From NCBI GenBank assembly GCA_036630325.1, contig CP142726.1:868001-932000 (forward strand): a stretch of DNA of 64,000 nt, given 5' to 3'. The notes below the pieces were generated by a model. The model was not told the origin of the DNA, searched no databases, and was given only the letters and a program-made list of their open reading frames with translations. Shown here piece after piece: positions 23,291 through 36,600 of this stretch (within the stretch, counting starts at the first letter, position 1; each line of letters starts with the position of its first letter). The position numbers and the translations under genes were made by a program. The stretch comes from Vairimorpha necatrix (lineage: Eukaryota).

Positions 23291-24722
23291 GCCAGAAAAA
23301 CGGGCTTATGTTTATTTTAGCCTTGATCTTCAAATGTAAAAAAGTTATTAAACGAATTCAGAAGTGTAATTTCGCAAAATTTAACGATTCTGTACTCAAT
23401 CATATTAAAGATAAGACTGAAGATTTTATTGATCTTTATGAAGTTTTATATTAAACTAATTTTATTTGTGCCTATATGGTGAAAAATTCTTTAAGATAAT
23501 TTTATGCAACTAGCAGAATGAAATTACTACACAAAACATTCAAATAATATAAGATTGAGATCGTCATTAGACTAATACTGCGTGATCCTTTCAAAACTCA
23601 CATTATCTAGTTTGGCCGTGAAGAAAGCACAGCTGTATTCGGCATAAATTCACGCCTGAATTATAATTATACTCTATTTAAAACAGCGTAAAAATTCCAT
23701 ATCAGATATAATTATCATGCATTGTTTGAGTATTCCGACAAAACATTATTTTTATCAAATTTTTTTTTGCTATCATCTGTACCTCACACAGCCTCCTTGC
23801 CTCATAATTTCAGCCAGCAACCATGTTATTAGTTGTGTTTGCTAATACGTTTCACAAGTGAAGTGTAGCATGTTCGAATACTTTAGCACCACATGCGATG
23901 GACGATCCCATAATATTAGATTTCTGCAAAAATCCAAAAAGTCCTCAGAAAATGTACCAAAAAGAATTCATATAAGACATGTAGTATTTTTTACATACTT
24001 TGAATAAGATGGAATGCAAAAGATTTTAGACCTAAAATATTTTCTTTCTGCGATATATTCTACATTTGCTGAAAAAATTTAAAAATCATCTTTGTGGTAT
24101 TATAAATACCACAAAATATTTATTTTTATTTTATCAATTTTCCCTTTTTGGAAAATAGACCATTCGACCGGTCTATTTCAAAAATCGAATATTTATTTCT
24201 TTTTTGCCCTGACCCCCACCGGATCATGAAACAAACTAACGATCATTACCCTTGGGAACATAGACCAAGGAAGGGCTACCAAGCCAGGGATCAGTATCCC
24301 GTAACAGATGCCCAACGAGGCTTATTTAATAACAATAAAATCATTAATTACATCGAACTATATTTATCCAGAGGTAGCTCCTCTGGACTACGTCAATCTT
24401 AACTATTCACATGTATTTTTCATTTTAAAAAGGTCAAAGAAATTTCAGTAAAATATTTTAAGGCATTACGCAAAAATCGACCCGGGTTTTTATATTATTA
24501 ACGTAAAGCTTACAACATCTAAGCAACAAGCCCGCCTTGTTTCAAAATCTCGAAGACCACAAAAACGAACAATCAAAATTGAAAAGCTCATATAAAGTGA
24601 CTAAAAGCGATAAAATCTTGAAGATTCTGGAGTGATTTTGCTTTTAAAAGTAATTAAATGAGATACAAGAGTATAGTATTTTATCAGACAACATTTTTCA
24701 AAAACTATAGTTAGAAATTAAG

Positions 24723-25095
24723 TTTTTTTTTTCTTGCAAGTAAGAGGTAGGTAGAAACCTTACATAGGGGCCAGAGGGATTTGGGGGTGATCCTCATCCA
24801 ACTGGTACTGTGAGATTCTTACTCACTAAAACTTCTTCCATACAACTTGCCGGTGCAGCAAGCTCCGCCGTATCCATTGGACTTTGGCTCCAGGAGAACA
24901 CTTTCCATTTATACCTCAAATCGCGTCCAAGTGAACTCACAGCGGATATACTTAACGGGCATGGTTATCTATAACCCGAGGAGAGACATCATCGTACTGA
25001 CTCAAAGGTCCCTACAATCATCTGTATTGTACACACGTTTCCTTACACGACCACATCCCCAGCCCGGCGTTTTTATTGGGCTGCGTTGACCACCA
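24723..25095 (-). mobile_element. 5'-truncated young SINE copy
   Basis: Highly similar to 50314-50675, with poly(A) tail (T run 24723-24732). Confidence 0.9.
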
Positions 25096-26703
25096 GGAAA
25101 TTAATTGCTCTATGAAAATATAATTAAAAAGCGCGATAGGCCGAGACGAGAAAAAAAAAAATGAATATCGTTCCCCAATTAAAGTACTATTAAACCTCAA
25201 AAATGATTTTTTCGATATATTTTCATAGAAAACTTTAATATTTTAGGTTGCAAATGCTTACTTCGCAAATCAGGAAACTAAAGAAACTTTTTTAATACAA
25301 ATAGCTGTAACAAAAGAAGGTTAGCACTATATAAATGCGGGAAAGAAATGAGACAGAAAAATTTAACATCAATATAATAAAAAAATATAACATACTTTGT
25401 AATATTCGTGTGAATACAAAAAAACTTCTTATTATTTTTTTGAATGTACTATATAAATACGGCTTTAGACTCTAAGAAAACGGTTGTTGCGTTTTTTTTG
25501 TAATTTTAAGGACACAAAGCATCTTTTAACTATTTGTATATTGTTTATAAAAATTAACAAAGATAAATAAACGATTTTTATGCGATTTTATACAATCTGA
25601 TTATGATAAAATATTATTTTCGTTTGAAATAAAATGAACGAGGTTATGCCAGAAATAATACTACTTATCAGGCTGTATACTTAAAACTTTCTTAGATAAT
25701 ATAAAGATCATAAATAAGCATGTCATAACCGCAATTTTTAACAAAATGTGATTTTAGTTCAAAAATCAAATAATGCGTAAACGGCATGAACAAATTGCAT
25801 AGACAACATGAATATAATAAATATAAAGTATCAGGATCTGAAAAGTGCTAACCATGTATTTTAACAAATATTATGCATAATTTATTTATTTACAACTTTC
25901 TTAACGTTTTTTTTTTTTTTTTTTTGGGGGGGGGGGGGGGGTGTTAGTTCAAATTTATTTATATGCATTAGTGATTGGTTTTCGTTCTAACTGAAATATA
26001 CACCAAAACCTTTTTTTTAGTGAAAAAAAAACCATTTCATTTAGATCCGTTCCGTTCCTAATTTAAATGATTTTATAAAAACATTTATCAGAATTAAATA
26101 TCTTTTGTATGTTGTAAATTGTTTTTTAAGTCTTTAATTTCATTTTAACACTATGAAATATTGAAATTTACACTTTATATATTATTTTTTGCTCTATAAT
26201 GAATAAATAATATTTGTGATTTTTCAAAAGAAAATAAACAATTTGATTTGATCAGAAGTAAAATCACTGCAAGAATTAAATTATTTATACATTTACTAGA
26301 TAGAAAAGAATCATGGGACCAAAATCACATTATTATTTTTACATTACTGAAAGTAGATAATCAATTAAGATTATCTTAACTATTTGTATTGTGTAATACC
26401 TATAAATAACATTAGATTATGTTTTTTAAATTTCATCAATTTTTTCTTTCATTGTATTTCCCAAAATAATATATTTATTTTAAGAATTGAGAACAGAATT
26501 TAGAATAATATAAAAATGAAACATTTGACTTTTAATTTGCTATTTTAATATATTAATATACCATATTGATAAAAAAATAATGAAAAAAAGAGATTCACAT
26601 TTTAAAATAGACATATTGAGAGGTTTATACGGGAAATCAAAAAAAACTCCTAATTTAAAAAACCCATTTTTTCAAAAATAAAAGTTTATCTAGTACCCAT
26701 AAA

Positions 26704-27990
26704 ATGATTTGGATTCCTCCAATAGTTTTTATGCTTATCGCAAAGTCTATGGCCAAGCCTCCGATTAAAGGAAAAATTGAAACAGATGAGGATTGTAAAA
26801 AACAACTCTCGATGTACAATTATACTTTTACAAAAGATTATTATGAAACCGAGAAATTTAAAATAATAACAAAAGTAGTATTTAAAGCTCTTTTAGATGA
26901 AATAAAATTTCCTTTAGATGAACAGTACCATTATTTTTCGAGAGATAAAGATGTAAAGTATAAAATTATCCGACATGACTTAAAATATATCAATTATATG
27001 TATTACATAATGTACCCCGCCGAAAGCTCATCAGATCTTGACGATGATAGTCAAGAATATCATGTTGAATTTTATAAAGCGCAAGCAATTAAGGATTTGG
27101 TGATTGGTATGGCATTTTTTACAAAAAAATTATTGCATACCTTAGTCTGTATTAATTATAGAGACAAAGAAATGTATGTTAATATAATTAGATATTTTTT
27201 TGATAAGTTTGTAAAGATAAAACAGAATGAAGAGGAAAAAATTCTTAGTTTTGAAAAGTTCAATTTCGATATAAATAATTTTTTTAATGATTTAAATAAA
27301 AATGTTAATATGGGAGTTCCTGAAGATATCAATACTCAAGAATACGACAAACTTTCCGCCCCAATAAAAAATAATATAATGCTAGAAGACAAAGGTACTA
27401 CCAGTTCGGCTAATGAAAGCAATAAAATACATGATAATCGCAACGAAAGCGTCCAAGTGGATAATGTAACCATACAGTACAATAGTGGCAATGACATTGA
27501 AGAACTTTTTGTTGATGGCCGAGAAAATAGTAGCAATATTGAAAAAGAAAACAATGCCATCATACAATCAAATATGAGCATTAGCACCGAATTAAAGACT
27601 TTAAAATCTCATTACAATAATAGTATACATACTCAAGATAATTATGTAAACTTGCAAGAAAATAATGCTAATGACGTGAACGAAAATCCTATCGATGATC
27701 GAGAAATTGAAAGTACTATCCTACCAGCAAATGAAAATATCTACATGCAAAGCAATCATATCAATATCATTCAAGATAATAATATTATCAGCCAAATAAA
27801 TACTAGCAGCTTTACACCCGATAATACGACTATGTTAGAAGAACTTACCTTATTCATGCAAGATAACTCCTTTATTACAATTCATGATAGTGTTAGCAAT
27901 TTGGGATTTCCAACATATAATAGTCCAAATTATCTTTCGAGTGTTTGTATATTGCCCATTTTATTTCATAATACTTTAGGCTTAAATTAA
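26704..27990 (+). CDS. Putative secreted/surface Asn-rich protein, paralog of 19966-21195
   Basis: Signal-peptide-like MIWIPPIVFMLIAKSMA; shared motifs IKFPLD..YHYFSRD.DV.YKI, YKAQAI.DL, LVCINYRD, SPNYLS..C.L.ILF.N.LGLN. Confidence 0.85.
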   Translation: MIWIPPIVFMLIAKSMAKPPIKGKIETDEDCKKQLSMYNYTFTKDYYETEKFKIITKVVFKALLDEIKFPLDEQYHYFSRDKDVKYKIIRHDLKYINYMYYIMYPAESSSDLDDDSQEYHVEFYKAQAIKDLVIGMAFFTKKLLHTLVCINYRDKEMYVNIIRYFFDKFVKIKQNEEEKILSFEKFNFDINNFFNDLNKNVNMGVPEDINTQEYDKLSAPIKNNIMLEDKGTTSSANESNKIHDNRNESVQVDNVTIQYNSGNDIEELFVDGRENSSNIEKENNAIIQSNMSISTELKTLKSHYNNSIHTQDNYVNLQENNANDVNENPIDDREIESTILPANENIYMQSNHINIIQDNNIISQINTSSFTPDNTTMLEELTLFMQDNSFITIHDSVSNLGFPTYNSPNYLSSVCILPILFHNTLGLN

Positions 27991-28324
27991 AAATGTTATT
28001 ATTATCTAGTCAAATAATGTAATACGTTATATTCTTTTTTCTGTATTAAAAAATTACAAATAATAACATTCTTGATTCTTCAAATGAAATTTTACAAAAA
28101 AATTGAATTAAGATGAAATTTTGCAAAATACTAAAAAACAATCAAAAAAACATGAAATGCTTAATTTTCATCGACCAAAGAGAAAGTTTTATTTTATAAA
28201 TTTGACTGAATACCTTTTCGACGTGGAAATTTTATATTTTAGCTTAATATATTATTGAAAAGGACAATATTGCTTATCAAGAACAGTTTCTTAACATTTT
28301 AAATATTGTAGATTTGGAGAATTG

Positions 28325-30009
28325 CGGTAACCGTAAATTCGCCTACAGGCGAATATACGGTTTTCTTTCAAAAATAAACATTTGCTCGTTTTTTCGCCAA
28401 AAAAACTTGATTGGTATAAAAAAAATTAAAGATCGAAATGCTTTATTATAATTTTAATTAAAAAATCATTTGTTATTTATTAAGCATTTATAAGAAAAAT
28501 AAGTTTATTCAATTTACCTATTCGCATTTAAAGTTCACGTGTTGCAATAATGCATTCATGTACTGTTCACGAGAATAATGTTTATAATTCTTTACGATTA
28601 TTCTAATTTTATCCTCCGCTTTTTGTGTTTTTTTAGATTCAAATAATCCTTTTTTATAACGTTTTAGATTATATAATTCAATTTCTCCACAATCGAGTAT
28701 TCTTGAAATAAAAAGAGCGATATTTGTATTTCTTGTCTCAACCTCTTGTTGATGGTTCTATTCTAGCTTTCTGCATTATTAGAAGTCCGAGGAATTTCAT
28801 TTTTTACCCTATCAAATACATTCCAAAAATTTATATTGGCGACAGCTCTCCTCTCATCATCTTCTCTTGTTACATTGGAAATTAAGTAATTATTTTCAAA
28901 GTATAGGTGAAAGTTAGCTGTGGTTGTAGTTGAATTATCTTGTATAAATTTCTTAATATCTTCATAAAACCGAAACATCTCGTATTGGCACAAAAGCTAA
29001 TCTAAGAATTCTTTTGAATACTAGATTATAGTTAGAATCATTTTTAAACTTTTCTATATCCCCCATTGCTCCGACTCTTTTACAGGCTGCCTGCCCAAGT
29101 TGAAGCAAGCATCCATTCCAGTTTGCTTCAGGGAGAGACATTCGTAATGCATTGAACAATCCTCTCTCAAAATCAGTCACAAAGTTCTCAACATTCATAG
29201 TAACTAATTCCTTACATTTATCGGAAACTCTAGAATATGGCCTTTCACTTTTTCCCTTGAGTAAAATATAAATGTATGGAAAAGTTTGGCCAAATTTATG
29301 TTCATGAAAGACGACAATTTGGTAAAACCCTTGAGGAGAAGATTTAAACGTTCCATCGACTACGAACGTAACTATTTTTTCAATCATACTTTTTTTAATT
29401 TAGTAAAAAACATTATAAATCTATCATTATTCTGCATACCACTATCAAACCTAAGGAAACGATTTTTTTTAATCTACTTGCAAGACTCGGGTATATACAT
29501 GATGCAAGCAGTTATAAATCGAGTCTTGAATTTCTTGTTCGTTTGATTGTATCCTTAAATATTCTATTGAAGGCATTTTAGTAATATCTAAGCTGGTTGA
29601 CAATGCTGTGAGTTGTTTTTTATAATTTCCAGGGTGTTTCATTGCTTGTAGCAACTTGTTCTTCCATTTTTTAATAGTTCTTTTAAACGTGCATTTCGAA
29701 GGTACTAGTTCATGTGAATAAATAACTTTTTTAACGATTTCGTTTTGTTCGTTCATTGTAATGGCTCCCCTGCAAGACCTATTACTGTATCTCCATCGTC
29801 TAGTGCCGTCCTTATTAAAGTCAAAAGTGTATATCTGATCTTAATAGATAAAATTTTGTCCTCCACATTGACCTTTAAAATTTTAAAGTTGTCGTTCATT
29901 TTTAAGGGTGATTTTTGGCAAAAAAGGAAAAAATTTTGGCGGAAAACAACCATTATTATTTTTGGCGAAAAAACGTAAATTCGCCTGTAGGCAAATGTAC
30001 GGGTACACG
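28325..30009 (-). mobile_element. Mutator-like (MULE) transposon, fragmented transposase
   Basis: VDGTFK..P.GFYQ, VTDFERGL.NA, GC..QLGQA, PRTSNNAES. ~40-bp palindromic TIRs and TSD gagaattg (28317-28324) / gagaatcg (30010-30017). Confidence 0.92.
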
Positions 30010-31699
30010 GAGAATCGTTCTAATTGTTTATGTTTCTTACGAGGGTTTGCATTTTTTAGCCACCCTTTGAATTTTTATAGTCCAAATCTTGCATTTTTTC
30101 ATTCTTTTTTTTGAAAAATAAATTCCAAAAAACAAAAATTTGATATTTAATAAAACTTTTATAGAATTATGTGTAAAATAATGTGTAAAGTAATGATATT
30201 AGATAAATTAATGTCTCTTTTTTGCCATTTGAAGCTATCTTGACATATTTTTGCAAAGCTATCACACGATAAGCTAAAGTAATTGTTTAGAACTTGTTCT
30301 AGATCCATTTCCATTGTATAATTTGATTTAAGTATAGTACAGTTTCTCGATTTCACCATAAAAAAAACTTCAAAAAGATTTAGCTGTGGTGAATAAGAGG
30401 TTAAAAATATAAAAAATGTCTAATTTTCTTAGCTTACCTAGAACCTCATTTAAATGGCGAAATATAGCATTAAACATGATTTTTGAGGATTTGATCGAAA
30501 AAAAATCTATAAGATACCTTTCAAAAAAACTTTAGGTAAAGATAAAATTGTGTGGGCATCGTTCCATTTTGTATGCAATATGACTCGATTTAGGAATCTC
30601 GCAAAGACAACTTAGATTTTTGCTTTAATTTGCGGGGACTGTTTATATGCTTTTTTTTTCTATATTCAAATCTTTAATAACTTGTAGTATAGGCATATAA
30701 TGTAGCTTAAAAAAATCAGATTTTCTCTGAATAGCCCGATTTTTCCTTAGAATATAGCTCTTTAAAAAATTTTATCATGTAAATTATGTTCTTCTGATTT
30801 AGAGATAGTCTTTTTATTTTTATACTAAAATAAAGGAACTTTCTCGAAATAGTCGACTCCGACGTTAAAAAATTTGCTTTTGTATTGAGTTATTCTGTTA
30901 TTTCCCCCAAGAACCAAGTCGTTTATCAGTGCAAATATGATTTATAATATAAGATATTTATTTTGGTAATAATATTAAGGAGGTAAAATTTCAGAAAGGT
31001 TTATTGCACTTTTAAAAAATCAGAAACTTTCACTACATTTTTCCTATGTTTTTCTATACTACTCTATTTAAGGAACTTACGTAGAAAAAATATATTTTAT
31101 GGTCATGTTTACGGTTTTGTATTTGTCTATCAGGAAACTTTAAGCCATCCGGGTAACTTTTGTTTTCGCTTTACGGACATTTATGGAATTTTAAAAGCAG
31201 CCATTGTAAAAAACGTTGGACTAAAAAAATGCAAACTTATGTAATTTTATGAGAGGACAATCTCACTAATATATTTAAGAAATTTTAAAATTTTGTAAAA
31301 AAATAATCAAAAACCAAAAAGAAAAAAATAACAATAAAATATCATCTTTAGATTTAGAATGTTCTAATTCAATTGGTAAATTCCAAACATCGCACTTTTT
31401 ATAAAATTAATATATTTTGATTTTTTAATATTTTTGTAATATTTCCATTTTTGTTTTGCCATTTTAATTTTATATTTGATTTATTATTCTCAATTTCTAT
31501 AGCAGATTTAAAGCTATGTTTAACCTGGTTGTGGGATTTCAAACTCTTTTTAATAATAAATTATTACGCATCAATTCATTATTAGTACTAGGCATATCAA
31601 ATATCTTTTGTTGTTATAATAACAACAATTTTAAATCATATGCTTAATTTTTCATGTTCTCAGCATTATACATTTATTTAAATATTTTTATAACTATTT

Positions 31700-32080
31700 G
31701 CAGGTGTCACATCACAAGAGAATCTACAGCAAGTAGAAAACGATAAGTTAAGAAAGTATGATGTCCTTGCGAACGAACTGGGCCTAATATATGGTTTTAA
31801 AACAGAAATAATTCCCTACGTAATCACTTGGGACGGTATAGTGACTAAGTTTCACAAATCTTATACCACAAGACTTGAAATCCCTAAGAAGGTAGAAGCG
31901 TACATCCAGATGATCACGCTAAAGAAGACGCTAGAAAGCATTTCTCTGGACTACCGAAGGAGAGGAGATGAAGACGAGAAGCCACCTACAAGCAGGAGAC
32001 GCCAACGCGGAACCTATCCTTGTTAAACTATAAATATAAACTACAATAAGCATACCCTAATTAAACGAATTATTAACTAT
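31700..32080 (+). mobile_element. RLE-type LINE 3' fragment
   Basis: Encodes QVENDKLRKYDVLANELG...IIPYVITWDGIVTKFH...EAYIQ..TLKKTLES, homologous to the 61797-62432 protein. Confidence 0.85.
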
Positions 32081-33179
32081 TTGCTGCCTTTTATTCGGAA
32101 GTATCAATAAGTAAAAGTATTAATGACACAACATTAGAAATAACACATAAAGTGGACAGAAAACCAAATATAAAAACTAAGAGTCATCATTGACCAAATT
32201 TAACAGATATGTCCAAAGTTACATTTTTATTAGACCGGCGTGCAATTATTCTATCTTCATTACTAAAATAATTATCAAATTGTCCAAATCCGGTCACAGG
32301 TCTTGTCATTAATGATTTATTGTAAATGTACTAAATGTTGTAAAGATATTTTATTAAATATAATCTTTATACAAAAAGCGCTCCTCTTAATATTTTCTAT
32401 TCTTGGAGACGTGCCTCTATTAATTAATGAAGCATTTAGGTACCTCAAAAAAAATTCCATTTTAATTTTTCTGCTTGTAAGACTATCTAGTTTATATCTT
32501 TATTCAAAATTTTTTTTTTATATTCATGTTTGATTGATTTATGATACATATATAATTTTTTAGTTATCAATACTTATGTCTTGTAAGTCTATAAAATAAC
32601 AAGACCAATTTATATTAATTATAGATCATACTTTTATATATTAAAAATCTTGAATATAGCTTTATAAGGTTGAACTTGATTTCGATGGCATCATTTCTTA
32701 TCTTTTAGGATTCTATCATCTTCCATATTAGATTTGATTTTTTTTTTACGTTTATCCAAAATTTTGTATTATAAAAAATTTAAACTGTCTTTTGATGTCT
32801 ATAAAAAGTAAAAAAATATAATACATTAATTACATAATATAGTGTTCTTTAACACTATGTTATCATAGATTTTCGATTTTAGTTTTGGTGTTTTTTGCTG
32901 ACTCCACATTTTGCTTCATTAAAAAGGTTAATTTTTTAACGGTTTCGAGCTTTTCCACGAACCACAGTCTTCAATCTCAGTAGTAAAATCAGCATATTTT
33001 AAGATATATCCTCTGAAATATATTCTTTAAAAAAAATGTAAAAATTTTTTATTAATAATGAAAAAAAGTGGTATATTGAAAGATTATAATAAATTGTTAT
33101 AAACACTTAAAAACTATAATTAAAATGTCAAATAACATGATATGTATTGTAAATGGTTTAAGAATATTAGAAAAATACT

Positions 33180-33491
33180 TTAATCTTGTTTAATTGTCTT
33201 CCAGAATGCAGCTAAAATTGGGTTGACCTTCTTTCCGTGTACATGTTCATGTATGACTTTCTTGAGGTGTCTCATTCTTCCAGTTCCGAGTGCATTTCGT
33301 CTTCTTGCTTTGATAGATCCAGGAGTCTCATTTTGGGCTGAGGATAAGCGCATGATGCACACTTTCTGAGTTGTTTATGATAAGACATTTTGCCACATCT
33401 TTTACATAAAGTGTGATTTCTCTTGTTCTTTTTACCAAAACTAGCAGTTCCTTTACTCTAAAATTATTTAATGAACATTTTCACTTACCAT
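33180..33491 (-). CDS. RPL37: 60S ribosomal protein L37; ATG exon + 31-nt intron; apparent 1-nt deletion near 33325
   Basis: Spliced [45 protein letters not shown], continuing in another frame as [21 protein letters not shown]. Confidence 0.93.
33458..33488 (-). other. Spliceosomal intron (31 nt) directly after the start codon
   Basis: GTAAGTGAAAATGTTCATTAAATAATTTTAG: GTAAGT donor, TAAT branch-like motif next to the TAG acceptor. Confidence 0.92.
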
Positions 33492-33642
33492 TTGTGGGGT
33501 AAAAAAATATAAGAAAAATAAAGAAGAAGAATGAAAATTTACAAATGCATTTAAACTGATTATTGAAAATTTATACAACAATATAAACTGATTAATATAA
33601 AATTTAGTGCTATAAAATGAAGTTAAAATGATTATAAATTTT

Positions 33643-36600
33643 TTAATCTTGAAATTCTAAAATAAGTGTTTTTTCAAGTAAATCAACATCTATCACTTGA
33701 TTGTTCGTATCTTGTAAATTATAAAATTCGGCCCCAGATTTGAAAAATCTCAAAATGTCCTCTAAATTTATATTTTTCTGTGTGAAAAATAATTTTCTCT
33801 TTTCTTGATTTTTCTGAGTAAAAAATAAATGTCTTGTGTCTTGATTTTCTAAATTTTTACTAATTTCGAGATCAACAGGGGACAACTTTTTATATAAAAT
33901 TGTAAAAAGAGGATACGCTCTTAATTGCTTATTAGTGTCATTTATTTCTTGATTTTTTTCCTCCAATTTTTCATCTCTAAAACTTGTTCCAATACAAAAA
34001 TTTTTAAACTCAAAAGTCTCACACGAATTTACCAAAAATATCAAATCCATCAATTTACAAATTTCTAAATATTCAAAATTCTCAACTATCTTGTTTTGAT
34101 TTAAAAATGTCAAAATCTCCGTAAAAATAACAGGAAAAAGTGGTAACAATTTGCTATGATGAATCTTTACACAAATAATCTTTATCAAAAACCATATTTG
34201 TTTTCTAACTTTCGTACTATTATGTTGTATAAAATTAACTATCAATTCTATCATTTTTGGTATAAACCCTAAAAACTTATTGAAGTCATTACTAAATATT
34301 AAAAAAGCTATTCTTTTTAATACATTACATTTTATATTAATATCTGATACTTGTGATACAAAAAAACTTGATTCTAATTTATAAATCAAATCATCCATTA
34401 TATTTAATTCTATATTAATTAATTGTTTATAAATATATGATTTCTTATTGATTTCATATAAAAAGAAATCTTTAGTATCTAAATAATCTAATAAAAAGTT
34501 TTTCATGTTTTTTACTGTAATTGTTGGGTTTTCTAATAAAATTAATAATTTGTCTATTAATTTGTAAAATTTTTTCAATAAATTAAAAAAATATGATAGA
34601 AAAGTTAATAAAGCGGATCTTATCTTTGATGTATATTGTAATTTACATAAAAAATCTAGTAATAACATGATTTCTGATTCGTTTAAGTCATTTTTTTGCA
34701 TACAGGAAATTGTCTGATAAATCGTACTTAATAATTGACTATGTTCATCTAATAATAAAGAATAAGTTCTTAGTAAATATAATAAAGTATAAAAATCCGA
34801 AAATGATCTATAATTTGTAATTTGGTACAGAGTCATTTTAAATTTGGAGTGAATTTCTAATAGCTCGTCTTCTGTTAGAATGGAATCAAAATCCATTAGA
34901 AATTTGAAAGTTTTGTCTTGATTTATAGCGTAAGAAGACAGTATTCCAGAATACAGTCTTTCTCTAAATGATAAATTAGAAATATATTTACTAGAGAATT
35001 TTGAATTTATCAAATATTCTATAAAATATCCTGAGAATGTATTAAATAGTGATATAGATAATTCGTCTATGTTTTGTATCTTTTGGCGACGTGTGTACAC
35101 GTCGTCACTTTCTTCAAAGTTTGTTTCATAAAAAAATATAAATTTTTTTATCATAGATTTCGTAATTTGCGCCCAATTAAAATTCGTATAATTTAGATCT
35201 AACATCTTATTAATAATTAGATTATAAATTGTAAATGAATATTTCCCATCTTTTACATTTTCCAATAAATTAGGGAATATTATTATTTTATGTTTAGTAT
35301 CTAAATTAAATATAAAATTTAGCAGATCATCAAAATAGAAACATTCTTCATATAATATTTCGGAATATGAATTAAGTATTTGTGAGTCATCTTTGAGTTC
35401 TAAAAGATCTCCTGTTGGTAAAATCAAAGCTGGATCATTTTTATATTTTCTACACAAGTTTATGACAGATTCAAAGTTTACTTTGGCTATGTCGAATTTA
35501 TTTATTATTTCTGCCTTTATTAGATATTGTATTATTTTTATGGCTCTTATCTTTAAATTTCTATGATGTAATTTTTTACGGCAAGATTTGTTTGATTTGT
35601 CTTTTTCGCCTGAATTTTCATTTATTTCTTCATCAATTATTTCTTCATTTATAATTTCAATATTATTTAACTCGTCTTTTTCATTTGATTCTTCGTTAAT
35701 GTCTTCTTGATCTACCTGGTCTTTTATAATTTCGTCTTCTCCTCTAAGATATATTGTTATTAATATATCAAATACTATATTTTTATATGTTACATTTTCT
35801 TCATTCCATAATTCGTTTATTTTGGTTCTAAATATCTCCGAATTTTCTACTATATTTTTAATTATCTTTAAAATTCCTTTTGAGTTTTTGTCTTCTTTAT
35901 ATTTATTTACAATATATTGAAATATTTCTTTAAAATTGTATATTGATTTTATAAGGCTTTTTAGTTGGGGATCTTGACTTGGTGTTTTACAGTTTACGAT
36001 ATAAAATATGTTGTAAAAGTGGCCTTGTTGATTATTTAGTATTAATTTTAAGAATGTTATTATGTTCTGGTCGTATATTTTCTTAATGAGAAGCCTCTCG
36101 TATTTTCTATTGAATATTTTATTATATTCGTAAATCAATGTGCTTACAGTTTTCTTATTATCAAATTCTACTAGTTTTTTATCTAATAAGCTTTCATTAT
36201 TGAATTTTTCATTACCATCTGTTACATTTTCATGACTTTTTTTTACATTTTCTTGACTATTTACAAATCTATACCACAATTCTCTAAATAATATTTTACT
36301 ATTCACACCACTTGACTCGTCAAATATTCCCATGCTTTCTTTGATTACTTTCGTCGATTTATTAATCATCCAGTTATAATATTCTTGCCTAAAATGCCTT
36401 ATTTTATTGAACTCGTAGAAGTCCAGGCATATTTTATAATTCTCTTCGTCAATATATTTGATTATAAATTTCCCTATACACGACGCGCAGCTCGGGTGTA
36501 TTTTTTGTAAAATTTTTATATTTTCTTTAGTGTAAAACTCGTCTATTAAGTCGAAAAAGTTTTCTGGAATATTTAATATTTGGTCTTTAAGTATCATTTT

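Noticed and set aside
23550-23900. Possible Tc1-like remnant on the minus strand
   Set aside because: Too degraded; no convincing catalytic motif or TIR.
24847-25089. Small ORFs in SINE copies (also 8689-8895, 23119-23454, 40857-41099, 50239-50457) as a protein family
   Set aside because: Frames, strands and stops are not conserved between copies; the similarity is at the nucleotide level.
25908-25941. Long T run followed by a long G run
   Set aside because: Resembles a Merlin-type terminus remnant or a homopolymer artefact; no partner TIR found.
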